NCBI GenBank assembly: GCA_002269645.1
Contig: NIVC01000376.1
Span: 558,001 to 622,000, forward strand
DNA: 64,000 bases
Source of the DNA: Macrostomum lignano
Lineage: Eukaryota
Direction of reading: 5' to 3'
The notes beneath the pieces were generated by a model. It saw nothing but the letters and a program-made list of their open reading frames with translations, had not been told where the DNA came from and did not search any database. A program made the translations under genes and the position numbers. Positions 1-12,794 of this stretch are shown piece by piece. How positions within the stretch are numbered: the first letter of the stretch is position 1; each line of letters starts with the position of its first letter.

Positions 1-2702
1 CACATTGACATATTCTACTATGATGTCAAAGAATGTTGCATACATCTTGCTATTTGAATTAGTTGAATATCAGTTTGCCAATTGGGTTTATGGCAAATTG
101 TCCAATATTCATTACTAGTTAGCCATAGTTAGGAAGGTATCCTATATGCCAGAATTTTCTAGTGTGCATTAGCCCTTTATAGTTTATTGGCATGCATATT
201 TGGCATGCTTGAATCTTAAAATAGGTACAAATATCTACTATCTTCTAGTTTCTGTAAAAGGTAGGAGTTTGTTTGAAAGAAAATAATAATTAAATTTGAT
301 AGTGCTATTTTAAAGAATTTAGATCATACATGCCCAACACCTGTCCGACCTGTCTGAACCAGACAGGTGAAATAGCCACTGGCCAAGGTAAGTCGCAAAA
401 TCAAAAATGGGAAAATGAAAAAAAATTAAGGGAATAAAAAAGGAGAGGAAAAGAAAAGGAAAAGAAAGGAGGAAGAGAGAGGAGAAAGAGGAGAGAAAAA
501 GAGAAAGAGAAGAAAAGAGAATAGAGGAACTAAGTCGCAATCAGGAGGAACTAAGTTGTAATCAGGAGGAACTATGTTGCAATTGGGAAGAAGTAAGTTG
601 CAAATCTGGACTAAGTTGCACCGCACCGCCCTATTGGAATAAGTTTTCAGACACTGTGGACAGTGCATCTAGTGCGCCATGGCAATCATAAAGTGGCCTG
701 GACGGTGCGTCATGACAATCTTCAAATCCTAAGGTGGTATGGACGATGTGTCATTCAAATCTTCAAATCCTAGGGTGCCATAGCACTCTAGGTTTAGGTG
801 ATATTGTGCATGACTCCAGTCTCTATCATGTTCATTCTGATGATGCATCACTCATTTTTGAGAGATTTAAAGAGATTGAGAGAAAATTGTCTTTGCCTTA
901 TCCACACACTTTTTCAGTAGTAGTTGTAGCACTTTGGCTCGGGTCGGGTTATCAAATCTGATAACTATTTAGCATGGTGTTTCGAAGAATATTTTCACAT
1001 TTAAATGTCAGCATAAATAAATGTACGCGCAACCAATCAAAAAGATAATTAAACAAAGCAGAAAATTTGTTGAGAGACTTTTAATAGAATTTAGTTTACT
1101 TTTTTATTTCTTGCAACTGCGTTATAAGAGAACATTAAGAGCAATTAGCATTTGGCACTATGTTATAATGTTTATGAGGCAATAAAGAACATTTCTGCTG
1201 CGATCTTTCAACTACAATTTCCAATTTTACGATTAACTTGCATGCATATTCTAGATGACACAGCAATCAATACATATGATAGGAGATATGCTATACTATA
1301 GCCCATAGCAATATTATCAAAGTTATAGAAATTAGAAAAACAAGTTTTACTTACAGTTTGCTGAATTTCCACCGTGCTGCTGACTTTCTCCTGTGCATGC
1401 TTCTCATCCTTGTTCAGCAGCACTGTATGTAGCGCGTGATGTCCTCCTTGCATCTTACCTGTGAGCTGCTGTGCGTCATGGCGCATGGCGCGCGTAGCGC
1501 GCCATGCGCCATGACTATGAGGAAAAAGAAAAAGTGCGCCGGACGCCGTCCGCGAAAATACCACTTATTCCAATAGGGCCGCACCGGACAGGTGAAATTT
1601 TGAGGTTGGTCATGTATGATTTAGATACCACAACTTATAACCTATAACCTATAACCTAACCTTATCTCATAACCTATTTTTCCTTTTAAGCCTTATTTGC
1701 ACTGCTTTAACAACAAAAAAAGAGAAATTGCACTCTAAGCCTTGAAATTGCACCCTGAAAATTAGGCCCTAAGCATAGGGAGCAATTTTGCACCTTGTCT
1801 TGGGCGAAAAAACCCAGTTCAGCACTAGGCCCTAGGCCTTTTTAGGCTTTTATTGGAATTTGGTCAGAAATACTTTGTTACCAAACTCCTCCAGCCAGTT
1901 AACAAAATTTTTGCATTGTCAAAATTGAAAGTTTGTCAAAATTTAAGCTCAATCTGTCCATTCTAATTGTAGCTTTCGAGTGCCTAGCCATAGTTTCAAT
2001 ATTGAAGAGGAGTTCGTCAGTTCTCAGTTTCTAAATTTTCCTTTTTGAAAATCAAGGGTAAAATGGTGTAGTGTACGTAGTATGCAAATATAATATTAAT
2101 AGGGGCCAAAATAAAATTAGGCCTAGGGCTTAGTTGAATTTCTGTTCCTATACATTTGTGACGATGTTGATATTAATCCTTAAACATTAGTGTTTATGCA
2201 CTGCATTTTAAATTTTTTTTGCTGTATATAACATAGAATGATACAAATAAAGGAAATATTAAGAAAAAAGAAATAAAGGATCTTTGAATTTGACAGTTTG
2301 TTTTATCGTATGCTGCCTTTATATGATAGGTAACTTAACGTATGGTTCAATCGCTAATCTACTGTTCCCCTCAGTTTTCGGTAATCTTTTATTCGTATTT
2401 TCCAGGTGGTTCCATCTTAAGTTGTCACATTTACTACAGATTGCAGCTGCTGCATGCTCCTCACTCGCGTGAACTCGTGTAGGTAAACTGACTGATAAAA
2501 CTAAACTGTTCATATTTCCGCAAAACTTTCTAAGAAAGCATTATCAGGTAAAACAAATAGCAAACCCACTTAGAATACAGAAATCATTCTTGTAGCACAA
2601 AAGTCACAGTCGCCAGCTTTTTTTTTGTTTTTATGTTTTTAAAAAACAGAAAGTGAAAGAAATGAAATTTTTCACTGTACATGCATGCTTCCATTAATTA
2701 AC

Positions 2703-3399
2703 CAAGGACGACTTAAGTAGAAGGACGGGAAACCTCGTTTCTTAGAAAATTTTTGAAGGCACTTTTTCCCGAAAAAATACACTGCGGAGATAGGAAATTT
2801 TCATTTTTTCAGCACAAAAATTGCTATAACTTTTGATAGGAGGCAGATCCAGTGTTGATCTTTTGATATGTTGTGCCTTTTTTATTGCTCTATCGATATT
2901 TATAAAGCTTTCCGTTCAGAAAATTAGGATTCTATGTTAATTTTTTATTCTACGTATATTTCCTGTATCTAAAATCACAAAAATGCATGACACAGCTCTA
3001 ATATTTGGTTTTATGAATCTATTTTATCATCTATGTTACGACTATTTGCTATACAGTCAGGTAAGAAGGATAAAATAGACTCATAAAATCAAACAGCCAA
3101 GCCGTGGCATTCTAATGTATTTCAAGCACAAGACACATGAAAATATACGTAGAATAAAAAATTAACATAGAATCCTAATTTTCTGAACGGAAAGCTTTAT
3201 AAATATCGATAGAGCAATAAAAAAGGCACAACATATCAAAAGATCAACACTGGATCTGCCTCCTATCAAAAGTTATAGCAATTTTTGTGCTGAAAAAATG
3301 AAAATTTCCTATCTCCGCAGTGTATTTTTTCGGGAAAAAGTGCCTTCAAAAAATTTCTAAGAAACGAGGTTTCCCGTCCTTCTACTTAAGTCGTCCTTG
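2703..3399. mobile_element. Non-autonomous foldback MITE, P-element-superfamily-like termini (CAAGG...CCTTG)
   Basis: Near-perfect ~258-bp inverted arms (2703-~2960 vs ~3142-3399). Flanked by an exact 8-bp direct repeat TAATTAAC (2695-2702, 3400-3407). No ORF. Confidence 0.85.
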
Positions 3400-5006
3400 T
3401 AATTAACATGTTATATATTTATTAACGTGTTTGCTGGCACTGGAGGCGCAGCACTGCCGATGGAGGGACGTGGAACGGTGATTGGGTGGTCTGTTCATCC
3501 CTCATCCCATCGAATTTTTAGAATTAGATCAGCGCATTACTGTTAGCTTGTAAATCTCACGAAAAAGTATACTGTACTAAAAAATTGTGGTCTCACCCCC
3601 TTTAGAGGGACGGGATGGTGATCCAACTGCTGCCCCCTTGCGCCGCCATGCACTGCTTTTTGGATTTATTTTCATATAATAACATGTATCAAAATCGAGT
3701 GATTTTCACAGTGTTACTTTCCAATAGGAATTAGCTAGATGCAATCACATCACCACAGAGGCAGCGGGTTGCGGGATTGCGTAGTCAGGGGGCGATCGAT
3801 CTGAATGATGAATCAAAATTTAAATCGCACTTAAGGTTTATCCGTAACTCGCTGCTACATTTAAGCTTTTACTTGATAGAATTGTTTTATTTCTGTTCGA
3901 TATTTTATGAAAGCACAGCGTGCAAAAAAGCTAGTCATATATATGTTAAAGACAAATCGGCAAAATGCATATATATACAAAATAATTTCAAGTTGAATGT
4001 CATGACACCTACATGCACATAAATGTTACGGACATGCAGAGGGCCATAAAAATATTTTGTTTTGAACAAATGGATTCTCATAAGTTTAAGTTTCACATTC
4101 AGTTGGTTTGGCTTTGGAATATACATATGACTTGAATTGGAGGACTCATTGAGATTATAGCGTGTAGAAGACGAACAGGTGCATTAACAATACTGCAAAA
4201 CTGAAACATTGTAAATCGGAATTGGCAGCATTAATAATTAGGGAAGAGTTAGCAATAGACAGAGATTGCCATCTGAGTAGTGTGACTACTTGACTTGAGG
4301 TGACTGTAGTCTGTAAGAGAAGAAGAGTAATGGAAGAGGGAAAGGGAGGGAGGAAGATACTATGGATGAGTAGGCATGAGATGAGGGGAGAAATCGTAGA
4401 ATTTGAATGAAGTGCTGACCTAGAGCTTACTGCATGTAATAATCATATAGACGAGTAGTCTATATAGCAGCAATACATGATTAGCAATCAAGAATATGAG
4501 TCCGGAGTCAATTTCTGAATAGCATGCAATTAAGCCGACAAGCTACTACACCATCGGCTGTAAAAAACTGGTTTTGGTTAATAAATAATGAATATCATTT
4601 AATGATGCAGGCATATATGTTATACATAAAATGAATGTCGGCCATATGAAGAGTAAAGATTATACCTCGTATAGATAAATGTAGAGGCAGTAGCAGTGAG
4701 ACTACTGACAAGTGCTAACGAACGATTCAAATATTTCTACTTTATTTACTTTTTTGTTAAACACCTACTGCGAAATTTTGCCTTTGTTATAGCTCGAATT
4801 AAAAAAAGCTAGCTTTCGGAAATGTGTCTGTCTATATCTGCAGATATTCTGTGGACTGCAGTCTCTATATTGGATGGGATTTTGCAGAAAGATGAATATA
4901 TAATACGATTCCACTATAACTCAGACGTTACAGAGTTAGCGCGGCGCAAGGAGGTAACTCAACAGACAGAAGTGGAGCAATTTGTGTCATTAAAAAGTCT
5001 TTACTC

Positions 5007-5426
5007 TTAATTCTTCTTATTATTACCAGTTCTTGATTGGCTTGTTGCTGTCTCAACTGCAGTCAGAGTCTCAGCTGCAGCATCCAACTCGTCCTCATCG
5101 TCACTCTCCATCGCAGCTGCAGCAGCCTGATCGCTGGAGTCTTCTGAACTGATAACACTGCCGCCACTCGCCAGGTAGTCAGCCAGTTCGGCAATGTACG
5201 TCTGCGCCAGCCGCAGCACCTCGTACTTGGAGAGCCGCTTCGCCTCGCTGGCGGCCGGCAGGACTCGGCGCAGCCGGTCGAAGGCCACGTTCAGCGAGGC
5301 CATGCGGCGTCTCTCGCGCTCGTTCGCTGCCCGCCGACGCTGATGTCCGTCTCGGTCTCCGGCGCCGCCGCTGATGTCGTCATCCTTGCCGACTGAGCAG
5401 TTAGCCAACTTTTTCTGAACCTCCAT
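5007..5426 (-). CDS. ato: Atonal-family proneural bHLH transcription factor (139 aa, single exon)
   Basis: [28 protein letters not shown]...[30 protein letters not shown] and AQTYI match atonal/Atoh bHLH residues. Acidic tail follows. Exact orthologue not resolved. Confidence 0.85.
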   Translation of the reverse strand: MEVQKKLANCSVGKDDDISGGAGDRDGHQRRRAANERERRRMASLNVAFDRLRRVLPAASEAKRLSKYEVLRLAQTYIAELADYLASGGSVISSEDSSDQAAAAAMESDDEDELDAAAETLTAVETATSQSRTGNNKKN

Positions 5427-5538
5427 GCGACAGACAGACAGTCTGTTGTTGCTTTTATTGTTAGTTTCCCGAGAACTCTGCTGTTTTGTACAGATTGGGG
5501 ATCGGTCTTACATGTCCAGGCTTGTTAGCTCTGCCAGT

Positions 5539-5610
5539 TATTTAAAAAGGAGCCTTTCGAAAAGGTTTTTCTCTGGGGGAGAAAAACAGCTAACGAAGCT
5601 GTTTGATTGG
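5539..5610 (-). promoter_or_regulatory. Candidate core promoter of the bHLH gene (TATA-like and CCAAT)
   Basis: On the - strand, TTTAAATA at 5539-5546 lies ~115 nt upstream of the ATG and CCAATC lies at 5605-5610. Motif match only. Confidence 0.3.
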
Positions 5611-5822
5611 TCAGCGACCACCGGACCAGCCCCATTCGAGTCTTCGCTCAACCCCCGATTCCCGCCAGGAGCAAGGCCAACCCCAACAGCCTCAAGTTTT
5701 AAGCAGACTTGGACTGTAGTCTCGTCTAGGGACCACTTAAATAGTTATACGGATTGGAAAACCTGAACTCGTTAAGCCCGGCGCAAGATCGAGTTAACAT
5801 GACTATATATTATGGTATAGTA

Positions 5823-6780
5823 CTTCGGGTGTGTCATAAGTAATGTCACTGCAGGCCTCTGTCTAAAATATGTAGGCACATGGACTTGTGGGTAGCGTAG
5901 CTGCAAAGTATACTTAGTGAAGCAATAGCAGCGCATTTGAGACGTGCATAGGTTGTTTATGGCCCAAGCTATCGCAAGAATACGCCAAGCAGATTTAGCA
6001 AGTGCAACGCGATGAAAAATCGTCTATGCAGCGAACAAAAATCACCATGAATCTCGACAAGACGCCTGCATCAAGCAGATTTGCAAGGTGTTCAGCAGGC
6101 GGGGCTTGAATGACATCCTAAACTGCCTGGTTGCTGAGGATGAAAGCTGGCTCCACCTGGATGGCAAGGGCAGCAAGGCAGACAATCGCTGCTGGCTGGG
6201 AGCTGGGGACTCCAGGGCGACTGTGACCAGGAAGTCCATCTTGGACAAGAAGACCATGCTGCTGGTAGCCTTCACGCCAAATGAACGAGTCTCCATCTGC
6301 ACAACTCCACCGAACACCAAGGTCGATGGCCAGTACTTTATCGACTTTATCCGGCACACTGGAGACCTCTGGCGCAATCTGCGGTCAAATCCATGTCACC
6401 TGGACGAGGTTCTGTGGCAGATGGACACCGCACGGCTGCACACCTGAAGGCTGTTTCGAATTTTCGAGTGAATCTGCTCTGACAGAGTCCCTACAGCCCG
6501 GACTTCAACTTGTGCAAGAGATTCCTGTTCAAATGGCTGAAGGCTGAATTTTCCAAGAAGGTTTCGCAAACCATGAAGAGGTAAAACAGGCCGCGTTGCA
6601 CTGGATACGGCAGTTGGAGGAAAAACACCTGTAGGCTGAGGTAGACAAGCTGTATGAGCACTGCCAGAGGGTGATTGATATTGGGGGACTCTATGTTGTT
6701 GAGTGGTACAGTTTTGTTCATCTGCGATTGCAAGTTCGTCTGTTTTCACATCAGTGACATTACTTATGACACACCCGAAG
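5823..6780 (+). mobile_element. Internally deleted mariner-type (Tc1/mariner) DNA transposon
   Basis: Perfect 29-bp TIRs CTTCGGGTGTGTCATAAGTAATGTCACTG (5823-5851, 6752-6780) with TA on both sides. Transposase fragments EDESW, KKTMLLVAF, QMDTARLH and, after a frameshift, PYSPDFNLC. N-terminal HTH region absent; stops present. Confidence 0.92.
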
Positions 6781-7021
6781 TACACTAGTACCGATCCATC
6801 CCTAGAGTCAGGGAAGCCTCTATGGTCGCTGCGCTTCCCAGGGACCTGCTTGGGTCCTTTAAAACTTCACAATAATAGTCCTACTTTCTCAAGATATATG
6901 TCTCTTCTCAGCGCTCTTCTGGTCCTTTTCTTATCCCCCTTCTCTCCCCTCTCCTCTCTTCTCTCTCCCTCCTCCCACCTCTTTTCTCCTATCTTCGCTC
7001 TCCTCTCTCTACCATGCTTCA

Positions 7022-8441
7022 AGGTCTGTCTCAGACTGTCTGTCACATGGTGTCAAGGTGTCACTTGATGTGAAGGTCTATCTGTCACATGGTGTCAAGG
7101 TGTCACTTGATGTGAAGGTCTATCTGTCACATGGTGTCAAGGTGTCACTTGATGTGAAGGTCTATCTGTCACATGGTGTCAAGGTGTCACTTGATGTGAA
7201 GGTCTATCTGTCACATGGTGTCAAGGTCTATCTGTCACATGGTGTCAAGGTCTATCTGTCACATGGTGTCAAGGTCTATCTGTCACATGGTGTCAAGGTC
7301 TATCTGTCACATGGTGTCAAGGTCTATCTGTCACATGGTGTCAAGGTCTATCTGTCACATGGTGTGAAGGTCTATCTGTCACATGGTGTCAAGGTCTATC
7401 TGTCACATGGTGTGAAGGTCTATCTGTCACATGGCTCAAGGTCTATCTGTCACATAGTGTGAAGGTCTATCTGTCACATGGGTCAAGGTCTATCTGTCAC
7501 ATAGTGTGAAGGTCTATCTGTCACATAGTGTGAAGGTCTATCTGTCACATGGTGTCAAGGTCTATCTGTCACATGGTGTGAAGGTCTATCTGTCACATGG
7601 TGTCAAGGTCTATCTGTCACATAGTGTGAAGGTCTATCTGTCACATGGTGTCAAGGTCTATCTGTCACATAGTGTGAAGGTCTATCTGTCACATTGTGTG
7701 AAGGTCTATCTGTCACATGGTGTGAAGGTCTATCTGTCACATTGTGTCAAGGTCTATCTGTCACATGGTGTGAAGGTCTATCTGTCACATAGTGTGAAGG
7801 TCTATCTGCCACATGGTGTCAAGGTCTATCTGTCACATGATGTGAAGGTCTATCTGTCACATGGTGTGAAGGTCTATCTGTCACATGGTGTGAAGGTCTA
7901 TCTGTCACATTGTGTCAAGGTCTATCTGTCACATGGTGTCAAGGTCTATCTGTCACATGGTGTGAAGGTCTATCTGTCACATGGGTCAAGGTCTATCTGT
8001 CACATAGTGTGAAGGTCTATCTGTCACATGATGTGAAGGTCTATCTGTCACATGATGTGAAGGTCTATCTGTCACATGGTGTGAAGGTCTATCTGTCACA
8101 TGGTGTGAAGGTCTATCTGTCACATTGTGTCAAGGTCTATCTGTCACATGGTGTCAAGGTCTATCTGTCACATGGTGTGAAGGTCTATCTGTCACATGGG
8201 TCAAGGTCTATCTGTCACATAGTGTGAAGGTCTATCTGTCACATGATGTGAAGGTCTATCTGTCACATGGTGTGAAGGTCTATCTGTCACATGGTGTCAA
8301 GGTCTATCTGTCACATGGTGTGAAGGTCTATCTGTCACATGGGTCAAGGTCTATCTGTCACATAGTGTGAAGGTCTATCTGTCACATGATGTGAAGGTCT
8401 ATCTGTCACATGATGTGAAGGTCTATCTGTCACATGGTGTC
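7022..8441 (+). repeat. 24-bp minisatellite (GTCAAGGTCTATCTGTCACATGGT)n, roughly 58 copies
   Basis: Read directly. The first units are 42-bp variants; later blocks are punctuated by recurring ATGGGTCAAG variants. Confidence 0.97.
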
Positions 8442-9216
8442 GGAGACGACGGTCAACGCCAGGGGTCCGCCACGCTGACAAACTTTTCTGGATCACATGA
8501 CAAAAAGCTCAGGTTAAAAAAATTATTCTGAGTTATGAGTCATGGAATAACTGGGAGTTATTACTATACTAATAAATAGAGCATCGCATCAAAGTCTATT
8601 GAAAATATTTTCGGGATCTTTTTATCCCGCTTTGCTTCCAGTCCAACAAGCATTAAGAGGTCCTTGACTCTCTGGCTTAAGTTGCTTTCTTCAATTCAAG
8701 AGACTTGGCTGACTAAATTGGGATCATAAATTATTAACTGGGATCGGATCGCCCATCCTGGCACAAATGAGAAGCGAAACCCGCGGAGCCTGTCAAACCA
8801 ACCCCCCCAGCCTCTCGGATCCCTTCATCAAGGTTGGAGATCTTAAAATTATAGCCTGTTTCTTACTTCTATCCCCGCTGCAGCTCAAGGCACAAGAGAA
8901 CGGGAGACTGGAATTTTACAATCTCCTCTATTCCTCATCAACCCACCCCGTGCTCTCCCGTGCATTGTTGGAAGACAAGGGAGCCGTATCAGAGCCATAT
9001 AAGCCTCGAGCTAACCATGCGCTTTGCATGCTCAAGCTACTTGGGCCTTTTACAAGCTTTTGGAAAACATTTTCCTTCATTAAAATCCAGCTTTTTTCTG
9101 AGAAACTAGAAATGCGTTTCCAATAATTCAACACAATCGATATAGAGAAGATGATGTTTGATTTCATGAGCTTTCCAAAGTACAAAGACAATGCGTTGAA
9201 ACTAGAGTGTTTAAGG

Positions 9217-9670
9217 CAGGGGTGAGCATACTCCGGCCATATGCTGCCGCCCTCGGGTCCTTAGACACTTCATAATAGCAATCCAGCCCTCTCAAGGTTT
9301 GTCTCTTCTCAGCTATCTCTCCTGCTCTCCTCTCATCTCCTCTCTCTTCTTCTCTCCTCTCCTCTCCTCTCCTCTCAGCTCCTTTACTCTACTCTCTCAT
9401 CTCATCTTATCTACTCTCCCCTCTCATCTCATCTCCCCTTTCCTCTCCTCTCCTCTCTTCTCCTCTCCTCTTATCTCCTTTCTTATCACTCATCTCTTCT
9501 TTCATAGCCTCAATTTTATCTCGCCTCTCACCTCCCCTCTCTTTTGTTATCTCTCATCTTCTCTTTCGCCTATTTCCCTCATTCCCTCTCCTTTCCACTC
9601 TCATCTGGCCCGCAGCCATTGAGCTGGATTCTTTATCTGGGCCTTGAGCTAAAAAGTTGCCCGACCCCTG
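9217..9670. mobile_element. hAT/Charlie-like MITE with CT-rich interior
   Basis: Termini CAGGGGT...ACCCCTG. Flanks GTTTAAGG (9209-9216) and ATTTAAGG (9671-9678) match at 7/8 as an 8-bp TSD. Subterminal GGCC/GGCCCGC motifs. Related decayed copies at ~6800-7020 and ~56823-57115. Confidence 0.7.
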
Positions 9671-10504
9671 ATTTAAGGGGTAAGTTAACTCGAGTTTTTA
9701 GGTGCCGACTTGAGTATGTTATAAGCGGTAATTCGAGAGCTTGGCTGTTTGGGTGCTCACTTGTGTGAGTTGTGTGCTAAATACGATAGTTGAAATGCAA
9801 GTGCCACAAAATCAGGGAGGTAGGTATTTGAAAAGGAAACGCATACCAAAACTACTGCAGGTCTGCAGTATCATTTATTGCCTTCCAAAAAGTTTCCCAC
9901 CAAATAGGAACTCCATAAACAAGCTCAATAAAGACCAAATTCCCAAAGCTCAGGTTATCAGGTAGGTAGATAACAATATAATTCCCTACTGGGAAATAAA
10001 ACAAACCGAGATGTATCGTGATTCGGGAAGATGACTTCATCGCTCGCGCGACCCCTGGATCATTCAGTCGTTCAGTTCGGTCTCAGAAACAGGCATCGAA
10101 ATGAAATTACAGCAACGAACAGTAGGGCTCCCACCTCCCACCTGACAGTGCACGTGACAGTTCTCGGGAATCTGATGCGCTTGAGGGACATCAAAACCAT
10201 TAAAAAATTTTATATAGCCAACCACATTCTTATACAGCTCGTACCCCTTCCGTATAGCAATAAAGTTGTCGCTAAGCCAGCTCTGTCTGTTGGTATTGTA
10301 GCGAAATTTTCCAAAAGCAATAGTTATCGCTGTTTACCGTGGGAGACTACTAAAAATTGGTCTTCTCTCGAACAAGGGCGCGCTGGAATTTAGAAAACTT
10401 CAGGGCTTTTTTGAGTTGGCTTTTGACTTACAGATAACTAATTTGGTCTTTTGGCATCATCACTGAGTCACTTCTCACTCATACCTTTATTTGCGCCTAT
10501 CACA

Positions 10505-10915
10505 CATATCTTGGCGCCCAAAAACATATCCTGGCGCCCTTAAACACATCTTGGCGCCCAAAAACATATCCTGGCGCCCTTAAACACATCTTGGCGCCCA
10601 AAAACATATCTTGGCGACCTTAAACACATCTTGGCGCCCTAAAACATATCTTGGTGCCCTTAAACATATCTTGGCGCCGTTTAGCATATCCGGCGCCATC
10701 ACTTCTATCTTGGCGCCATTACCCCTTTTCTTGGCGACATCACACTCATCTTGGCGCCATCACCCCTATCTTGGCGCCATCACCCCTATCTTGGCCCCAT
10801 TAACTCTATCTTGGCGCCATCAACTCTATCTTGGCGCCATCAACTCTATCTTGGCGCCATCAACCCTTATCTTGGCGCTTTTAAAATATATCTTGCGCCC
10901 TTACCTTACCTTGGT
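10505..10915 (+). repeat. ~20-bp degenerate tandem repeat built on ATCTTGGCGCC
   Basis: About 20 copies of (A)TCTTGGCGCC with variable ~9-nt linkers. Confidence 0.9.
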
Positions 10916-11639
10916 GCCAACTACACCAATACAAACACACATTGTTGACTTAACCTTCTTACCTGCAAAATATGTAGCTTAGCTGCAAAGCAGTTTATCT
11001 CTGTTATTGGTGCTTTTTTGCATTAGCAAATCTGATCGTATTATAGAACTCAGCAGCCTGCATGCAGTTAAATATCCCAGCTATAGAGTAGAATTTCAAC
11101 ACTAGTCTCAAAATTTATGAAATTGAAGAGAAGTGAAAGAAGCTCAAGTAATCATAAAAAAATAGAACGACTATAAATTCTATACTTTAGTTCCAGTATC
11201 CTTTATTTTTCCTAAAAATCTTATTTGTAAGCCTTTTTCGTATTGTCGAAATTGGGTAATAAACCCAAGTTTTTTTCTCGTGTTATCGTGCGATTCAGAA
11301 GCCAGCCAAGCCAAAGCAGAAGAATAGAGAGATTGCAATCTGCGATTATGTTTGCCAAGCCAAGCCAAGTATATAGATTGTTTGAAAGGCGGTGCTTGAA
11401 GATTGAAGAGACGAATGAGTTAAGAGAAGTGGAAGTCCAGGAACACAGTAGCAGTCCTTGCTCGCCCCCCTCACTTCCGTGAGAACCAACAGACCAATAA
11501 GTATAAGTGCTTATTATTGGTCTGTGGTGAGAACCCCTGTTACTCCGACTTCCGACTTCCGAACTAGAGTGTGTTTCACAAACTTAGACGCTTCGCGAAC
11601 AAGAAACTACACAAACTAATATTAACAATTATATATATA

Positions 11640-11930
11640 TATTAATTGATTACACCTGCCCCAATTGGGCCAGATGTGCAACCGACAGCTCAGCCGCAGC
11701 TATTGCGCGGCGCATCTGAAGGCTGCGTACGGCTGTTCAGTCCAAGGACTGGGGGTCGCCACGCACACCCTCAATTACCCCAGCTAATGCTGGCACCCAT
11801 TTTACAGCTGGGTGAACTGAAGCAATGCAGAGTTAAGTGTCTTGCTCAAGGACACAAATTGTTGCGAATGGGTCGGGAATCGAACCCACGACCTTTAAGT
11901 CGTTAGTCCGACGCTCAAACCACTAGGCAA
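11640..11930 (-). mobile_element. tRNA-derived SINE with CORE-like central block (copy 1)
   Basis: - strand: A-box-like CTAGTGGTTTGAGC, B box GGTTCGATTCC, then TGTGTCCTTGAGCAAGACACTTAAC...CAGCTGTAAAATGGG, and an AT-rich tail. Homologous to 61420-61712. Confidence 0.85.
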
Positions 11931-12794
11931 TTGTCAAATTTGAATTTTCAACTAAGATCTATTTGTTTTATTTCTAGTTTAGAGTTTTCCAATCCAGTTT
12001 TGGGTTTCTTTCAATGGTCCTCAGTTGGTGCTCTGTTATGAATAATCGCCATTTTGATTCACCAGCTTCTCCCGCTTGTCTCCCCAGATTTGATCTGATA
12101 ATTGACGGTTTCGAGGGGTGGGGGGCGGGTGGCGGGGCGGACGGGGATAGACATAGACAGGCGGGTCGCATTCGTGAGCTTCTGGTCCACTAGAGCCGTG
12201 AGGAGCCGTGAAGGCTTGAAAAGAAGTATCGCTGTTTCAGTCACAGATAAAGCTATAATCCTGGAATTTCATTTTTTAATGATGAAGAGTCGCATTATTT
12301 GTTTTTTTCAATAAAATGGTTTCACAACGCCTTATTTTCATTCTTTAATGATGTGAAATGTAATAGATCACGTGATTAATTAATTGTTCAAGTAGTTGTG
12401 AAATTTGATGCGTAACTTCTAATAACTTCTTAGAAGCCGCTTTGAAAGTTCAGGACAATAGACCTCGGACAATAGACCGAGCCAAATAACAATTTTACAG
12501 ATCAAACAATTGATCAAAATTAAAAACGATTCCGAAATCAATCATATTAATCGGCATGTTTTCTAGCTATGGATGCTAAATAAAAAGGCAAGAATCGACA
12601 TTGTGCTCGTTTTGAAGAAAAATGAACATAATTATAGCTTTGCCTGCTATTTAGCTCCTACAGGGAGTAATTGTATGGATTGATTGACTCCACCGGCCCC
12701 GCCTTCTGTCTTCATTTAACGATTTCATCGAGAATTCAAGGTATTCAGGACCTTAGCATCCATGTCCCTCAGCTTCCTCAGTGTACTTCATGTA

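Noticed and set aside
3439-3650. Possible small MITE ending TGCGCCGCCATG (similar weak IR pair at 1826-2133)
   Set aside because: Termini too degenerate and no TSD found.
7058-8370. (VKVYLSHG)n ORFs
   Set aside because: Translation of a 24-bp minisatellite with frame-breaking variants.
11860-11930. tRNA gene candidates (also at 61420 and 63150)
   Set aside because: Only A/B boxes with no complete cloverleaf, each followed by a SINE body.
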